Shown: piece after piece, positions 30,650-40,966 of the stretch
Numbering within the stretch: the first letter of the stretch is position 1
Layout: each line of letters starts with the position of its first letter
DNA from: an uncultured delta proteobacterium
Lineage (GTDB): Bacteria; Myxococcota; B64-G9
Assembly: GCA_963754925.1 (NCBI GenBank)
Contig: CAVWHX010000001.1
Coordinates: 201,144-265,143, forward strand
Direction of reading: 5' to 3'
Length of the DNA stretch: 64,000 nucleotides
The notes under the pieces: generated by a model
The model's input: only the letters and a program-made list of their open reading frames with translations
What the model was told of the DNA's origin: nothing
Databases searched by the model: none
Translations under genes and position numbers: made by a program

Positions 30650-31401
30650 CTGACTTACGGTTGCAGAAGTTCATGGCAGCGGCCGGAGTCGCATCGAGGC
30701 GGGAGGCCGAACGGTTGATCCAGGCAGGCAGGGTGTCGGTTAATGGACGGCGGGTGACCATGCTGGGTACCCGGGTTGATCCCGATCGTGACCGGGTCGC
30801 CCTCGATGGAAAGCCGGTACAGGCAACGCAAAAATCTCTTTACCTCATGTTGCACAAACCGCGCGGGGTGATTGCGACGGCGTATGATCCTCGCGGGCGG
30901 ACGACCATCATGGATGTACTGGGCGACCGGGGTATGCGCCGGGGCGCCCGCCGGGTATTTCATGTCGGACGACTGGACTACAATTCGGAGGGGCTGTTGC
31001 TGCTCACCAACGACGGCGCCCTGGCGATGGCCCTGACCCATCCATCGCACGCGGTACCGCGGGTGTACCGGGCGCGGGTTCAAGGAGCGGTCCCCGAAAA
31101 GGTCCTGCAACGGCTGGTGAAAGGCATTAAGCTTGAGGACGGGCCGGTTGCCGTGGTATCGGCCGAGGTTCTGAAAAACAACCCTCGCTCGACCTGGATT
31201 GAAGTTACCGTAGTTGAGGGAAGAAACCATCTAGTACGTCGGCTCTTTCAAGCGGTCGGGTATTCGGTGTTGCGACTGATCCGGGTTGCGTATGGCGGGG
31301 TCGAGCTCGGCGATCTTCCCTGCGGTCAGGCGCGTCCGCTAACCGAGGAAGAGATTGAAATGTTGAAAGGATGGGGAAACGATTCCAATGTTTTTCCTTG
31401 A
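30646..31401 (+). CDS. rluB: rRNA pseudouridine synthase (RluB/RsuA family)
   Basis: S4 domain RLQKFMAAAGVASRR; VGRLDYNSEGLLLLTNDG. Confidence 0.88.
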   Translation: MTDLRLQKFMAAAGVASRREAERLIQAGRVSVNGRRVTMLGTRVDPDRDRVALDGKPVQATQKSLYLMLHKPRGVIATAYDPRGRTTIMDVLGDRGMRRGARRVFHVGRLDYNSEGLLLLTNDGALAMALTHPSHAVPRVYRARVQGAVPEKVLQRLVKGIKLEDGPVAVVSAEVLKNNPRSTWIEVTVVEGRNHLVRRLFQAVGYSVLRLIRVAYGGVELGDLPCGQARPLTEEEIEMLKGWGNDSNVFP

Positions 31402-31438
31402 TTGGCGGATTTCGTTAGGTTATGTAAGGCAAGCTCGC

Positions 31439-31510
31439 GGGCGCTTAACTCAGCGGGAGAGTGCCATCCTCACACGGTGGAAGTCGACAGTTCGAATCTG
31501 TCAGCGCCCA
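31439..31510 (+). tRNA. tRNA-Val(CAC)
   Basis: GGGCGCT...AGCGCCC acceptor stem, CCATC-CTCACAC-GGTGG anticodon arm; no encoded CCA. Confidence 0.95.
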
Positions 31511-31576
31511 TATGAGCCCGTTAGCGAACGAAGTGAGCTTACGGGCTCATATCCTTGGCGCGAAGCGACAAGGATA
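31510..31576 (+). repeat. Two-hairpin dispersed element, copy B
   Basis: ATATGAGCCCGTTA-GCGAACGAAGTGAGC-TTACGGGCTCATAT, then TATCCTTG-GCGCGAAGCGA-CAAGGATA. Confidence 0.8.
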
Positions 31577-31733
31577 AAGAATATTGTCCATGAGGTAAGC
31601 GTTACCGCCTCTTATCCCCGATGGAGATTGGATATTTTACCTTCTCATGGTGAGCTAGGGACGAGCCTACATACAGCCGACCTTTTTTTTGATCTCGCTG
31701 CCCGTCGGTTCTTATAATCCCCCCGGGAAAAGC

Positions 31734-33446
31734 ATGAGAACAAGACTTCGCAATGCCCTTCAAGCGGCTATCCTACGTCGATGTGAATTGAAACCGGAAG
31801 ATCTGCCGGCCGTTACTGTCGAGGTGCCACACCTTGAAAGCCACGGAGATTTTGCCACCAATGCCGCCTTGGCGTTGGCTCGTCTCATTCGAAAACCACC
31901 ACGCCAAATCGCGCAATGGTTGTGCGAGGACCTCCGCGACCTCGATTTTGTCGAGCGCGTTGAGGTTGCCGGTCCTGGCTTTGTCAACGTCTTCATACGC
32001 CCCGAGGCCTGGCGCGGCGTGGTGTCGGAGATAGCGGCCGCAGGTGTGGATTTTGGCCGCAGCAGGATCGAGCGGCCTGAATCGGTGATGGTGGAGTTTG
32101 TGTCGGCCAACCCCACCGGGCCGTTGCACGTTGGACACGGGCGCGGCGCCGTTATCGGCGATGCGCTCGCAAGCTTAATTGCGGTAACCGGTCACCGCGT
32201 GTATCGGGAGTTCTATGTCAACGATGCAGGCAACCAGGTACGTAATTTGGTCCTCTCGGTTCTCTACCATGTGCGCACCAAACGAGGGCTGTCGACCACC
32301 TTTCCCGAGGAGGGTTACCGGGGTGCGTACGTCGCGGATCTTGCCGATCAGGTGCCGTCTCAGTTGACGGTGTTCTTGCCGAATGAACCAAGCCAAGCAG
32401 ATCTTGAGGCTATCCAGGAGTTCTGCGTTAAACAAATGTTGGCTGCCATTCGGGAGGATCTGGCCTCGTTTGGGGTGCGCATGGATCGTTATTCCTCCGA
32501 ATGCGACCTGCTGCAGAGTGGCCGATTGCAGGAGACGTTCGCTGAACTTGATAAACGCAAAACGATTCAAATGAGCGAAGGGGCGCGCTGGTTTCTCGCT
32601 GATCAATTTGGCGATGAGAAACCGCGCGTATTGGTCAAAAGTGACGGCAGTAACACGTACTTTGCGACCGATGTCGCCTATCACCTTGACAAACTGCGTC
32701 GCGGGTTCGATCGGCTCATCAACATCTGGGGCGCTGACCATCACGGATACATTCCACGCCTCAAAGCGGCCCTCAAAGCCCTCGGGCACCCTCCCGAAAA
32801 GCTGGAAGTGTTGCTCGTCCAGATGGTCAGTTTATTGCGTGCCGGCCAACCCGTGCTGCTTTCCAAGCGGGCAGGGGAGATCATCAGCATGCGCGAAGTC
32901 GTCGAGGAAGTGGGCCCGGACGCCGCCAGATTTTTCTTTTTGATGCGCAGCAGCGATAGCCAAATGGAATTTGATTTAGAACTGGCGAAAAAGCACTCCC
33001 TCGACAATCCCGTTTTCTATGTTCAGTACGGTCATGCACGGCTTTCAAGCATTCTGGCAAAAGCGGCGGAGCGCGGTATTCCGGTACCGGTGCTGGATGA
33101 CGTTAGTACGATTGATCTGAGCCCGCTCGAATCGGCGGATGAGCTGCAGATGATCAAAAAGATGGCGGACTATCCCGATATGCTGCGGCGGGCGGCCGAG
33201 AACCGCGCTCCCCATCTGGTGGTATTCTATGTACAAGAGATGGTGGCCACCTTCCACCGCTACTACACCACCGGCAGTCGCACCAACCCCATTTTGGGGG
33301 GCGACCCGAAGCAGATCGCAGCCCGACTGGCGTTCGTGCTCGCGCTCCGCCAAGTTATTCGTAATGCGCTGACGGTCTTGGGAGTCTCGGCGCCCGACCG
33401 GATGGAAAGTTTAGCGGTAGCCGACGAACAGCAGGCGCCGGAATGA
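31734..33446 (+). CDS. argS: Arginine--tRNA ligase
   Basis: HGDFATN, VEFVSANPTGPLHVGHGR, WGADHHGY, NPVFYVQYGHAR. Confidence 0.97.
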   Translation: MRTRLRNALQAAILRRCELKPEDLPAVTVEVPHLESHGDFATNAALALARLIRKPPRQIAQWLCEDLRDLDFVERVEVAGPGFVNVFIRPEAWRGVVSEIAAAGVDFGRSRIERPESVMVEFVSANPTGPLHVGHGRGAVIGDALASLIAVTGHRVYREFYVNDAGNQVRNLVLSVLYHVRTKRGLSTTFPEEGYRGAYVADLADQVPSQLTVFLPNEPSQADLEAIQEFCVKQMLAAIREDLASFGVRMDRYSSECDLLQSGRLQETFAELDKRKTIQMSEGARWFLADQFGDEKPRVLVKSDGSNTYFATDVAYHLDKLRRGFDRLINIWGADHHGYIPRLKAALKALGHPPEKLEVLLVQMVSLLRAGQPVLLSKRAGEIISMREVVEEVGPDAARFFFLMRSSDSQMEFDLELAKKHSLDNPVFYVQYGHARLSSILAKAAERGIPVPVLDDVSTIDLSPLESADELQMIKKMADYPDMLRRAAENRAPHLVVFYVQEMVATFHRYYTTGSRTNPILGGDPKQIAARLAFVLALRQVIRNALTVLGVSAPDRMESLAVADEQQAPE

Positions 33447-34063
33447 AGCGGGAGCGAAAACAGAACGACGGCCGCAAGGCCTTCGTGGTGCTCGCAATGC
33501 TTATCCTCGGCGGTCTGATTTTTGCGGCCGGCATGATGGTCGGTCAGCGTCTGATCCAATGCCCGGAACCAGCCTCGACCGACCTTCTCAAACAGCTCGA
33601 CAAGATTTCCGCCCGGACACCCGTCGATAGTCGCGCACTCTCGTTTCCCGAGGCTCTCGACGGACCTCGTCCCAAACCTCCTCGTCGGCCGGAGACGACA
33701 CCGCCAGCGTCGCTGGTTGAAGGTACGGTCGAAGCGACGGGGCGGTCCCCGACCGCGGAGCAAAAAGAAAAATCTACACCGACCGATGGTGGCGTGAAAT
33801 CTTCCCCGTCGGCCAACACCGGTGGCCGCTACTGCATGCAGGTAGCCTCGTACCACGAGCGCGTCCAAGCTCAGGCGCTGGTCGACCGTCTTGTTAAGCA
33901 GGGCTATTCATCGGCGCGGGTGGTTGAAGGCACGACAAGTGATAAAGGTGTTGTGTACCGGGTTCGGGTGGGGCATTTCACAAGCCGCGAGGATGCTGAG
34001 CGTCAAAAAGCGAAAACAGTTCGGGAGAAGAATCTCTCGGTACTTATTGTCACTGAAGAATAA
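33443..34063 (+). CDS. SPOR-domain cell-division protein (FtsN-like)
   Basis: N-terminal TM, Pro-rich linker, YCMQVASY...YRVRVGHF SPOR domain; follows argS. Confidence 0.85.
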   Translation: MKRERKQNDGRKAFVVLAMLILGGLIFAAGMMVGQRLIQCPEPASTDLLKQLDKISARTPVDSRALSFPEALDGPRPKPPRRPETTPPASLVEGTVEATGRSPTAEQKEKSTPTDGGVKSSPSANTGGRYCMQVASYHERVQAQALVDRLVKQGYSSARVVEGTTSDKGVVYRVRVGHFTSREDAERQKAKTVREKNLSVLIVTEE

Positions 34064-34068
34064 CGGGC

Positions 34069-34686
34069 TTACTTCTCATCCTCTTGTTGTATCCATGTAT
34101 CGATGTTGCCGTCGCCGTCCTCATCCAACCCAACCCGATCCAGTTTGCCGTCGATATAGTACTCCCAACGATCAACTCGGCCGTTGAAATCTCGATCCCG
34201 TTCGGTGCGAACGAGGACGTTTTTCTCATAGAACTTCCAGTAATCCGGCTTGCCGTCAAAATTCAAATCATACTCCTGACGGACCTTTTGCCCATTTTGA
34301 TAGAAGGTGGTGACATCAAATTTGCCGTCAAAATCTAAATCGAGTTCGTCCTTGATGACCTCACCCTTGAAGTTGTAAAACCGCCGTATGTCCACCTTGC
34401 CATCAAAGTTAAAATCCCATTCCTTTTTAAGAAGCACAATCTTGGTTTCCTTGGGATTGTCGGGATTGGTCATGGGGCCATAGGTGGCCCAGACGTCGGG
34501 TTTGTTATCGTGGTTGAGGTCAAAGACCTCGACTCTCTCTCCCGATCCGAGTTTTCCGGTTCCGCTTGGCGATGTCGCATCCGAGGAGACGATATTTTTT
34601 TGCGCACCTCCGCAGCTCCCCAACACAATCGTTAACGCTAGCACGATACCTATATTGTGGCGGACGAAATTTCGCATGCGATTCAC
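34069..34686 (-). CDS. Lipoprotein with repeated Dx[DN]xDG-type Ca-binding motifs
   Basis: LGSC lipobox; DLNHDNK, DFNFDGK, DLDFDGK, DLNFDGK, DRDFNGR, DEDGDGN. Confidence 0.75.
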   Translation of the reverse strand: MNRMRNFVRHNIGIVLALTIVLGSCGGAQKNIVSSDATSPSGTGKLGSGERVEVFDLNHDNKPDVWATYGPMTNPDNPKETKIVLLKKEWDFNFDGKVDIRRFYNFKGEVIKDELDLDFDGKFDVTTFYQNGQKVRQEYDLNFDGKPDYWKFYEKNVLVRTERDRDFNGRVDRWEYYIDGKLDRVGLDEDGDGNIDTWIQQEDEK

Positions 34687-34824
34687 CCCTCGTCACGTCA
34701 AGAAAAAAACACTCACGTTCCTCGACCAACGATCACGATACAGTATAGAATTTTCGGATGGAGCATTCAAGTAAAAAGCTTATTCCTGCTTACCATTCCC
34801 GCTTCCAGTCGCGCGTTATATATA

Positions 34825-37152
34825 TCATTTTGATCGTCCTGCCAGGTGATTTATGCCCGAAACTCCCGCGCAGAGAAACGCAATCCACAGGCAGGCGGTA
34901 TCTCGGCCAAGTGTTGGGACCAGGACTACGCCAGTGAGCAGGGATCCCAGTGCTGCGCCGAGGTGATCGACGGCGTCGAGTGTTCCGGCTGTCCTGCCGA
35001 GCGGCAGCCCGGCATGCAACGCGAGCGAGCTTCCGAGCGGAAACAATACCCCGGTTCCGATGCCGGTCAGGACGACCAGACTAAACAACCATATTCTTCC
35101 CAACCAGTCGGGAACGTTTTGTATCAGCCAGGGAGCTTGGAGCACCGGCAGCAGTGCGGTGAAACCGGATAGTATCAATAGGCCAAAGACCAACTGATGC
35201 GCCTTGGGTTCAACACGACGGAGGGTTCGATTGATCCACAACCCGCCCCCCGCCAAACCAATCATAAACGCCGCTACGATGAGGCCAATCTCATGGTAAA
35301 GACTGCCAAACACTGACTGATAAGAAAAAATCAAAATCAATTCGATCGCAAGACCGAGGGCTCCCACCATACCGATGCTGACGGCCGAAACACGAAAGAG
35401 TCGTTTGTGATGAGGCGCTCTACGGAGGTACAGCCACAGCGCGCCAAGTATCATAACGGCAAGTATAAACCAGGCATAAACCGGTATGCCGTTTATCGCC
35501 CCTAATACGGCCTCGAGCTGGCCGCCCTCCATGCGACCCCAGCGCATGAGCCCAAATACAAAGGACACCGGGTGTTGATCGGTGTTGGGAATGGCCGTTA
35601 CCGCGGCAAGTTGCGATTGTAAGTCGGCAAGCTGTTCGGAGGTGAAGAGGCTGTTGAATTGTACCGGCGCAAATAGCCTATCGTTCACGCCGCTTTTCTG
35701 GAAGCGCTCGATGAGCGCGCCGGGTGCATCAAGGATATTCTCGGCCGTGTCGCTTGCGACCGCGAAGGTTTCGCCCCCGGGTATGAGAAGAACTTTTTTG
35801 AAGATTGTTCTAAGGCTCGTTTCGATGCTCTTTACCAACGATGCGGTCTCGGGATCAAGTTGATTGAAGGACGAAGAAATTCGGGTGACCAAAACGCCGT
35901 CTGGCGCCAGGTGAGCCTTACAGAGTTGAAAGAACTCGATGGTAAAGGATCTGTTTTCGGCCGCCGTCATCGGGTCCGGCGGATCGGAAAAGATCACATC
36001 CCAGCGTTTGTTGGCCTCGCGCAGGAATCGGCGCGCATCGGTCGGATAGAGGTGAACGCGGTTGTCGTCAAGAGCCCTGGTGCTTTCGCTTGAAAGAAAT
36101 GGTTTCACCAGGTCGATGACCGTTGCGTCCAGCTCGACCACATCCAAGCTCTCGATGCGATGGAAGAGCAAGGCCGGTAGGAGCTCAAACGACGCGGTTC
36201 CCAGCAGCAAGACCTGCCGGGGAGCGCGATGCTCGGTCAACGCCAGGTGGGCGCGCGGTCTCGCGCGGTACGGATCGGGGAAAGTGGCCAGCAACTTGCC
36301 GGCGGCGTAGAGACTGAACTGGTTGTCTTGGCTTGCCAGATCAAGGTGCTGGTACGGCGATTCAGCCCACGCAACGCGCTTGCCGCCGGTGCCCATTGCG
36401 TCGAAACGTTCTTTGGCCGCGTAGGCATCCCCTGCAGAAAACCAACCAGCGGCAAGCCCGACTACGAGCGGTATCGTACCGATTATAAGCAACCCGCTCA
36501 ATACGCGGGATCGTGCGCGCCCGGTCGGGTAGTAGATCGACCGCGCCAGCCCAAGAGAAAGGATTATTGCAGCCACGGTCAATAGCTCGAAGGCGGAAAG
36601 CTTGCCGATAAGCAGGACGCTGACTAACAAACCACCAAAAATTGCCCCGATCGACTCGATGACATACACCCGGCCGATGAGGGTAGCATCGGTCTCGTCA
36701 TGGATTGTTTGGCAGGCCAGCGGGAAACTAAGCCCAAAGAGCATGGATAGAGGTGTGATCAAAAGCATGCTGCTCTGGAGCAGCGTGAGTAGTCCTGGTA
36801 CCTCTCCGACAGGTGTCCCCAAGATACCGCGCCAGTGCCGTAGCAGCATCACCAGGACACCAGGAATGGCCGTCAAGAGTAATCCAACGATCGTCAGGAG
36901 GGCGCTACTCCCTTTGCGATTCAGGCGTCCGCCGAACCAAGCGCCGCACAGAATGCCCACAAACCATGCCCCCATTACCACGCCCAGGGTGAGTTCGTTG
37001 CCGGAAAAGACCGTCAGAATCTCGCGGATCAACACCACCTGCGAAATGCTGCTGCTGCAGCCAAGCGCAAATAGCAACAACGCCAAACGGCGCAACGTGA
37101 CGTTGGATGATGCTGCTTGGGTGTAGGTCAATTCTCCCTCCGGAGACCACAA
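34825..37152 (-). CDS. Membrane-fused spermidine-synthase-like (MFS-SpeE) protein
   Basis: TM bundles flanking ESPYQHL, VVELDATV, DARRFL, WDVIFSDPPDP, FTIEFF; exact start uncertain. Confidence 0.85.
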   Translation of the reverse strand: MWSPEGELTYTQAASSNVTLRRLALLLFALGCSSSISQVVLIREILTVFSGNELTLGVVMGAWFVGILCGAWFGGRLNRKGSSALLTIVGLLLTAIPGVLVMLLRHWRGILGTPVGEVPGLLTLLQSSMLLITPLSMLFGLSFPLACQTIHDETDATLIGRVYVIESIGAIFGGLLVSVLLIGKLSAFELLTVAAIILSLGLARSIYYPTGRARSRVLSGLLIIGTIPLVVGLAAGWFSAGDAYAAKERFDAMGTGGKRVAWAESPYQHLDLASQDNQFSLYAAGKLLATFPDPYRARPRAHLALTEHRAPRQVLLLGTASFELLPALLFHRIESLDVVELDATVIDLVKPFLSSESTRALDDNRVHLYPTDARRFLREANKRWDVIFSDPPDPMTAAENRSFTIEFFQLCKAHLAPDGVLVTRISSSFNQLDPETASLVKSIETSLRTIFKKVLLIPGGETFAVASDTAENILDAPGALIERFQKSGVNDRLFAPVQFNSLFTSEQLADLQSQLAAVTAIPNTDQHPVSFVFGLMRWGRMEGGQLEAVLGAINGIPVYAWFILAVMILGALWLYLRRAPHHKRLFRVSAVSIGMVGALGLAIELILIFSYQSVFGSLYHEIGLIVAAFMIGLAGGGLWINRTLRRVEPKAHQLVFGLLILSGFTALLPVLQAPWLIQNVPDWLGRIWLFSLVVLTGIGTGVLFPLGSSLALHAGLPLGRTAGTLDAVDHLGAALGSLLTGVVLVPTLGRDTACLWIAFLCAGVSGINHLAGRSK

Positions 37153-37311
37153 CTATGGTTCGGAGCTATTGAATATACACCATAGTAAAAAAAAGCATTT
37201 TCTCCTATTAACATTAAATGGTTACCACGTGCAGCCTCTGTGAGCGTTCTGACTTGATTCGAGTCGAATTCTCTGAATATAACAAGCTGGAAGAAACAGT
37301 TGGAGGAAGTG

Positions 37312-38109
37312 ATGGAACAGGTAATGGTTGGAGATCTTGATGTTTGTTGCGAGGTCGTGGGCGATGGATATCCGTTAGTACTTATCATGGGGCTTACCGC
37401 AAACATGGACTGGTGGGACCCTGAACTGGTGGATACGCTCTCGAAGAACTATCGCGTGCTCATGTTCGATAACCGGGGCGCCGGACGGACGGTCACTCCC
37501 AAAGAGGGTGAGTTCAGCGCCGAGCTATTCGCTGACGACACGGCTAGTTTGATGAAAGCCAAAGGAATCGAGCGCGCAAACATACTGAGTATGTCGATGG
37601 GTGGGATGATTGCCCAGGAGCTGGCGCTCAAGTACCCCGAGAGAGTCAATAAGCTCGTGCTCAGCTGCACCTTCTGCGGCGGGAAACACATGGTTCAAGC
37701 AAGCAATGAGGTTCAGAAAATGTTGCTCGATCGTACTGGGGGCTACGAAGGCTTATTTGAGAGAGTCTTGAAGCTCATGTTTCCAAGGGATTACCTCGAT
37801 GCGAACCCAGAATTCGTTGAGAGATTCAAGGAGCGCTTTCTTCGGGCGCCTACCGGTGCCTACAACGCGATGCGGCAATTCATGGCGTGCATGAGGGTAA
37901 GCACCTACGACCGTCTCTCTAAGATAACGCATCCCACCCTGGTTGCCTGCGGCACCGATGACATACTCATACCACCCGAGAATTCGCGATTGATTGCGAA
38001 GCGCATACCGGGTGCGAAGCTCGTCGAATACCCGGGTTCGGGTCACGGTTTCATGACCCAGGCGCGTAACGCTTTTCTTAACGATCTGCTGGGATTTCTT
38101 GCCGCTTGA
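37312..38109 (+). CDS. Alpha/beta hydrolase
   Basis: FDNRGAG, nucleophile elbow SMSMGG, GTDD, GSGHG. Confidence 0.9.
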   Translation: MEQVMVGDLDVCCEVVGDGYPLVLIMGLTANMDWWDPELVDTLSKNYRVLMFDNRGAGRTVTPKEGEFSAELFADDTASLMKAKGIERANILSMSMGGMIAQELALKYPERVNKLVLSCTFCGGKHMVQASNEVQKMLLDRTGGYEGLFERVLKLMFPRDYLDANPEFVERFKERFLRAPTGAYNAMRQFMACMRVSTYDRLSKITHPTLVACGTDDILIPPENSRLIAKRIPGAKLVEYPGSGHGFMTQARNAFLNDLLGFLAA

Positions 38110-38127
38110 GCACCGTCTGGCAATCGA

Positions 38128-40884
38128 TTATTTGTCGCCCAAGGCTACGCTAACGCGTTCATAGAACGTCTTGATCGCCTTTTCGAGCAATGCCGGATCT
38201 CCTCCGCCCCCTTGAGCAAAATCTGCACGTCCGCCGCCACGCCCGCCGGTTATGCTGAACATAGCCTTGAGCACGTCGGAAGCCGACACCCGATCGGTCA
38301 GCTCCTTTGAAACGCTGCAAACCAGCGAGAGTCTGCCGTCCTCCTCGGCCGAAGCCAGTACCACCCCTCCGCCCAATTTGTCGCGTGATTGGTCGACGAA
38401 AGCCCTGAGGGAGGCAAGCTCAATCCCTTTGGTTTTGGTATAGAGCACCTTGACCCCTGCGATCACTCGCGGTTCTGGGTGCGAAACCTCTAGATTCCCC
38501 TCGACCGTGGAATGCGCACTAACGTTCGCTGCCAAGTTGACCTGTGTCTTGAGCAGATCAACTTCTTTGCCAAGCTTGCGCTCGCGCTCGATCAGAACCT
38601 TGAGCCGTTCAAGCACCTGCGCCTCGGGAACTTTGAGGGCTACCTCGGCCTCATGCACTATATTTTTCATCTTTTGAATGCGTTTGACTGCCCCTACACC
38701 GGTGACGGCTTCTATACGGCGCACTCCGGTTTGAACTGCACTTTGGTTCTCGATCAAAAACAACCCAATATCACCAGTGCGCTCGCTGTGTGTTCCGCCG
38801 CAAAGCTCAAGGCTATCACCCATGCGCACCATGCGGACCTTCTCACTATATTTCTCGCCAAAGAGCATCGTCGCACCGTGGGTGCGCGCATCGGCGATAG
38901 TGGTTACCGCAACTTGAATGGAACTATTTTGGCGGATGCGTGCGTTGACCGCAGCTTCAACCCGCTGCAGTTCCTCGTCGGACAGAGGTGCGAAGTGCGA
39001 AAAATCAAAACGCAAACGCTCGGGGGCGACCAATGAGCCTTTTTGATTGATATGTGCTCCCAGCACCTGTCGAAGCGCGGCCTGCAGCAGATGGGTGGCG
39101 GAATGATTGAGCCGGATCGATTGCCGGCGCTCGGCGTCGACCGTAAGGTGAACCCGGTCGCCATGCCGCAGGTTGCCCGTGATTATCCGCACACGGTGGA
39201 CGGTAAGATCGGGCAAAGGACGGTAGGAATCCTCAACCTCGGCGCGGCACGGTGAACTATCCACCGTTAGACTTCCGGTGTCACCGACCTGGCCGCCGCT
39301 CTCACCATAAAACGGCGTGCGGTTGACAATCACCTCGACAATCTTGTCGGTGTTGGCGGTTTCGACTGGTCGACGTTCAACGATCTGGAGCCGACCCTTT
39401 TCGTCCTTTTCCTCGCGTATCTCGAGAAGGGCGAGCACCACCCCATCGTCTTCAAGTTTCTCATAGCCGGTAAAAACGGTTGGTCCATGTTCGGTTAGGA
39501 GCCTTTTGAAAACATCGTCCACGCCTGAAAGTCCCAGGCCGCGCCCGCTGACCTCCTGGTGCTGCTCCCAGGCGTGTTGGTAGCCTGCCTGATCGATTTC
39601 GAAGCCCTGTTCCTTGGCGATCACCGCGGTCAGATCGGGCGGGAAGCCGTCGCGCGTTTGTAGATCAAAAATAAGTTTGCCGGGCAGGATTTTGATCGGA
39701 TTAGAGCGCCGCTGCTCGACTTCTTTCAGAAGAAGCCTCATTCCATTGTCCAAGGTGCGGCGGAAGGTCTCTTCTTCCTGTTTGCTCGCCTGCTCGATCA
39801 AGGCCTGCTGGCTGGTAAGCTCTGGGTAGGCGGCGCCCATGATCTCCACTACTTTAAGACAAACCTGGTGGAAGAACGGTTCGTTCACCCCGAGCTTGGA
39901 ACCGTGTCGGATGGCCCGGCGCATGATCCGACGTAAGACATAGCCGCGACCTTCATTGGATGGCAGCACCCCGTCCGCCAATAGAAAAGCTCCGGCGCGT
40001 GCGTGGTCGGCAATCACGCGCAGGGAAACATCAGTATCCTGATTCGCACCAACCTTGACGCCGGCCAGGCGAGCCATCTCCCGAGTAAGCGGTATAAAAA
40101 GATCGGTATCGTAATTGGAGGTTACCCCCTGCAATATTGCGCATAGGCGTTCGAGACCCATGCCCGTGTCTATAGACGGCGCCGGAAGCTTGATAAGGGT
40201 GCCGTCTGCCTTCCGTTCGAACTGCATGAAGACCAGGTTCCAGATTTCGATGTACCGATCGCAGTCACAACCCGGCCCACGGCAGCCTGAGGCAACCGTG
40301 CACGGAACCCGATCGCTTTGATCGAAAAGAATCTCCGAGCATGGCCCGCACGGGCCGGTATCACCCATACTCCAAAAGTTGTCCTTTTTGCCAAAGCGCA
40401 GGATGCGCTCGGGGCGGGTACCCGCCTCGGTACGCCAGTACTCCACGGCTTCATCATCGGCGGGCAGCCGCTCGTCGGTATCGCCGCCGAACACCGTCGC
40501 ATACAGACGGTCCCGCGGCAGCTTGACCACGCCGGTGAGAAATTCCCACGCAAAGCGGATGGCGTCTCGCTTGAAATAATCGCCGAAAGAAAAATTACCC
40601 AACATCTCAAAAAAGGTATGGTGACGGGCGGTATAACCTACGTTTTCAAGGTCATTATGTTTGCCGCCGGCGCGCAAGCACTTTTGGCTTGAGGTAGCGC
40701 GTCTGAAGTCGGACTTTTCTTTGCCCGTAAAAATGTCTTTGAATTGCACCATGCCGGCATTCGTAAACAACAGGGTCGGATCATTGGGAGGCACCAACGG
40801 GTAGGAAGGCACAATCCGGTGGCCCTGACTTTGAAAATACTTCAAAAAACGCGAACGAATTTCAGAGGATGAAAACATCTCCAT
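38128..40884 (-). CDS. alaS: Alanine--tRNA ligase
   Basis: DPTLLFTNAGM, HHTFFEMLGNFSFGDYFK, NHSATHLL, ELCGGTH, GGRGGG. Confidence 0.98.
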   Translation of the reverse strand: MEMFSSSEIRSRFLKYFQSQGHRIVPSYPLVPPNDPTLLFTNAGMVQFKDIFTGKEKSDFRRATSSQKCLRAGGKHNDLENVGYTARHHTFFEMLGNFSFGDYFKRDAIRFAWEFLTGVVKLPRDRLYATVFGGDTDERLPADDEAVEYWRTEAGTRPERILRFGKKDNFWSMGDTGPCGPCSEILFDQSDRVPCTVASGCRGPGCDCDRYIEIWNLVFMQFERKADGTLIKLPAPSIDTGMGLERLCAILQGVTSNYDTDLFIPLTREMARLAGVKVGANQDTDVSLRVIADHARAGAFLLADGVLPSNEGRGYVLRRIMRRAIRHGSKLGVNEPFFHQVCLKVVEIMGAAYPELTSQQALIEQASKQEEETFRRTLDNGMRLLLKEVEQRRSNPIKILPGKLIFDLQTRDGFPPDLTAVIAKEQGFEIDQAGYQHAWEQHQEVSGRGLGLSGVDDVFKRLLTEHGPTVFTGYEKLEDDGVVLALLEIREEKDEKGRLQIVERRPVETANTDKIVEVIVNRTPFYGESGGQVGDTGSLTVDSSPCRAEVEDSYRPLPDLTVHRVRIITGNLRHGDRVHLTVDAERRQSIRLNHSATHLLQAALRQVLGAHINQKGSLVAPERLRFDFSHFAPLSDEELQRVEAAVNARIRQNSSIQVAVTTIADARTHGATMLFGEKYSEKVRMVRMGDSLELCGGTHSERTGDIGLFLIENQSAVQTGVRRIEAVTGVGAVKRIQKMKNIVHEAEVALKVPEAQVLERLKVLIERERKLGKEVDLLKTQVNLAANVSAHSTVEGNLEVSHPEPRVIAGVKVLYTKTKGIELASLRAFVDQSRDKLGGGVVLASAEEDGRLSLVCSVSKELTDRVSASDVLKAMFSITGGRGGGRADFAQGGGGDPALLEKAIKTFYERVSVALGDK

Positions 40885-40966
40885 GCCACACTCCGGATTA
40901 CAACCTTATATCGCCGATGCTCAGGGGCTGATAGGCATAGCACCCACCACCATTGAAACAACCCGC

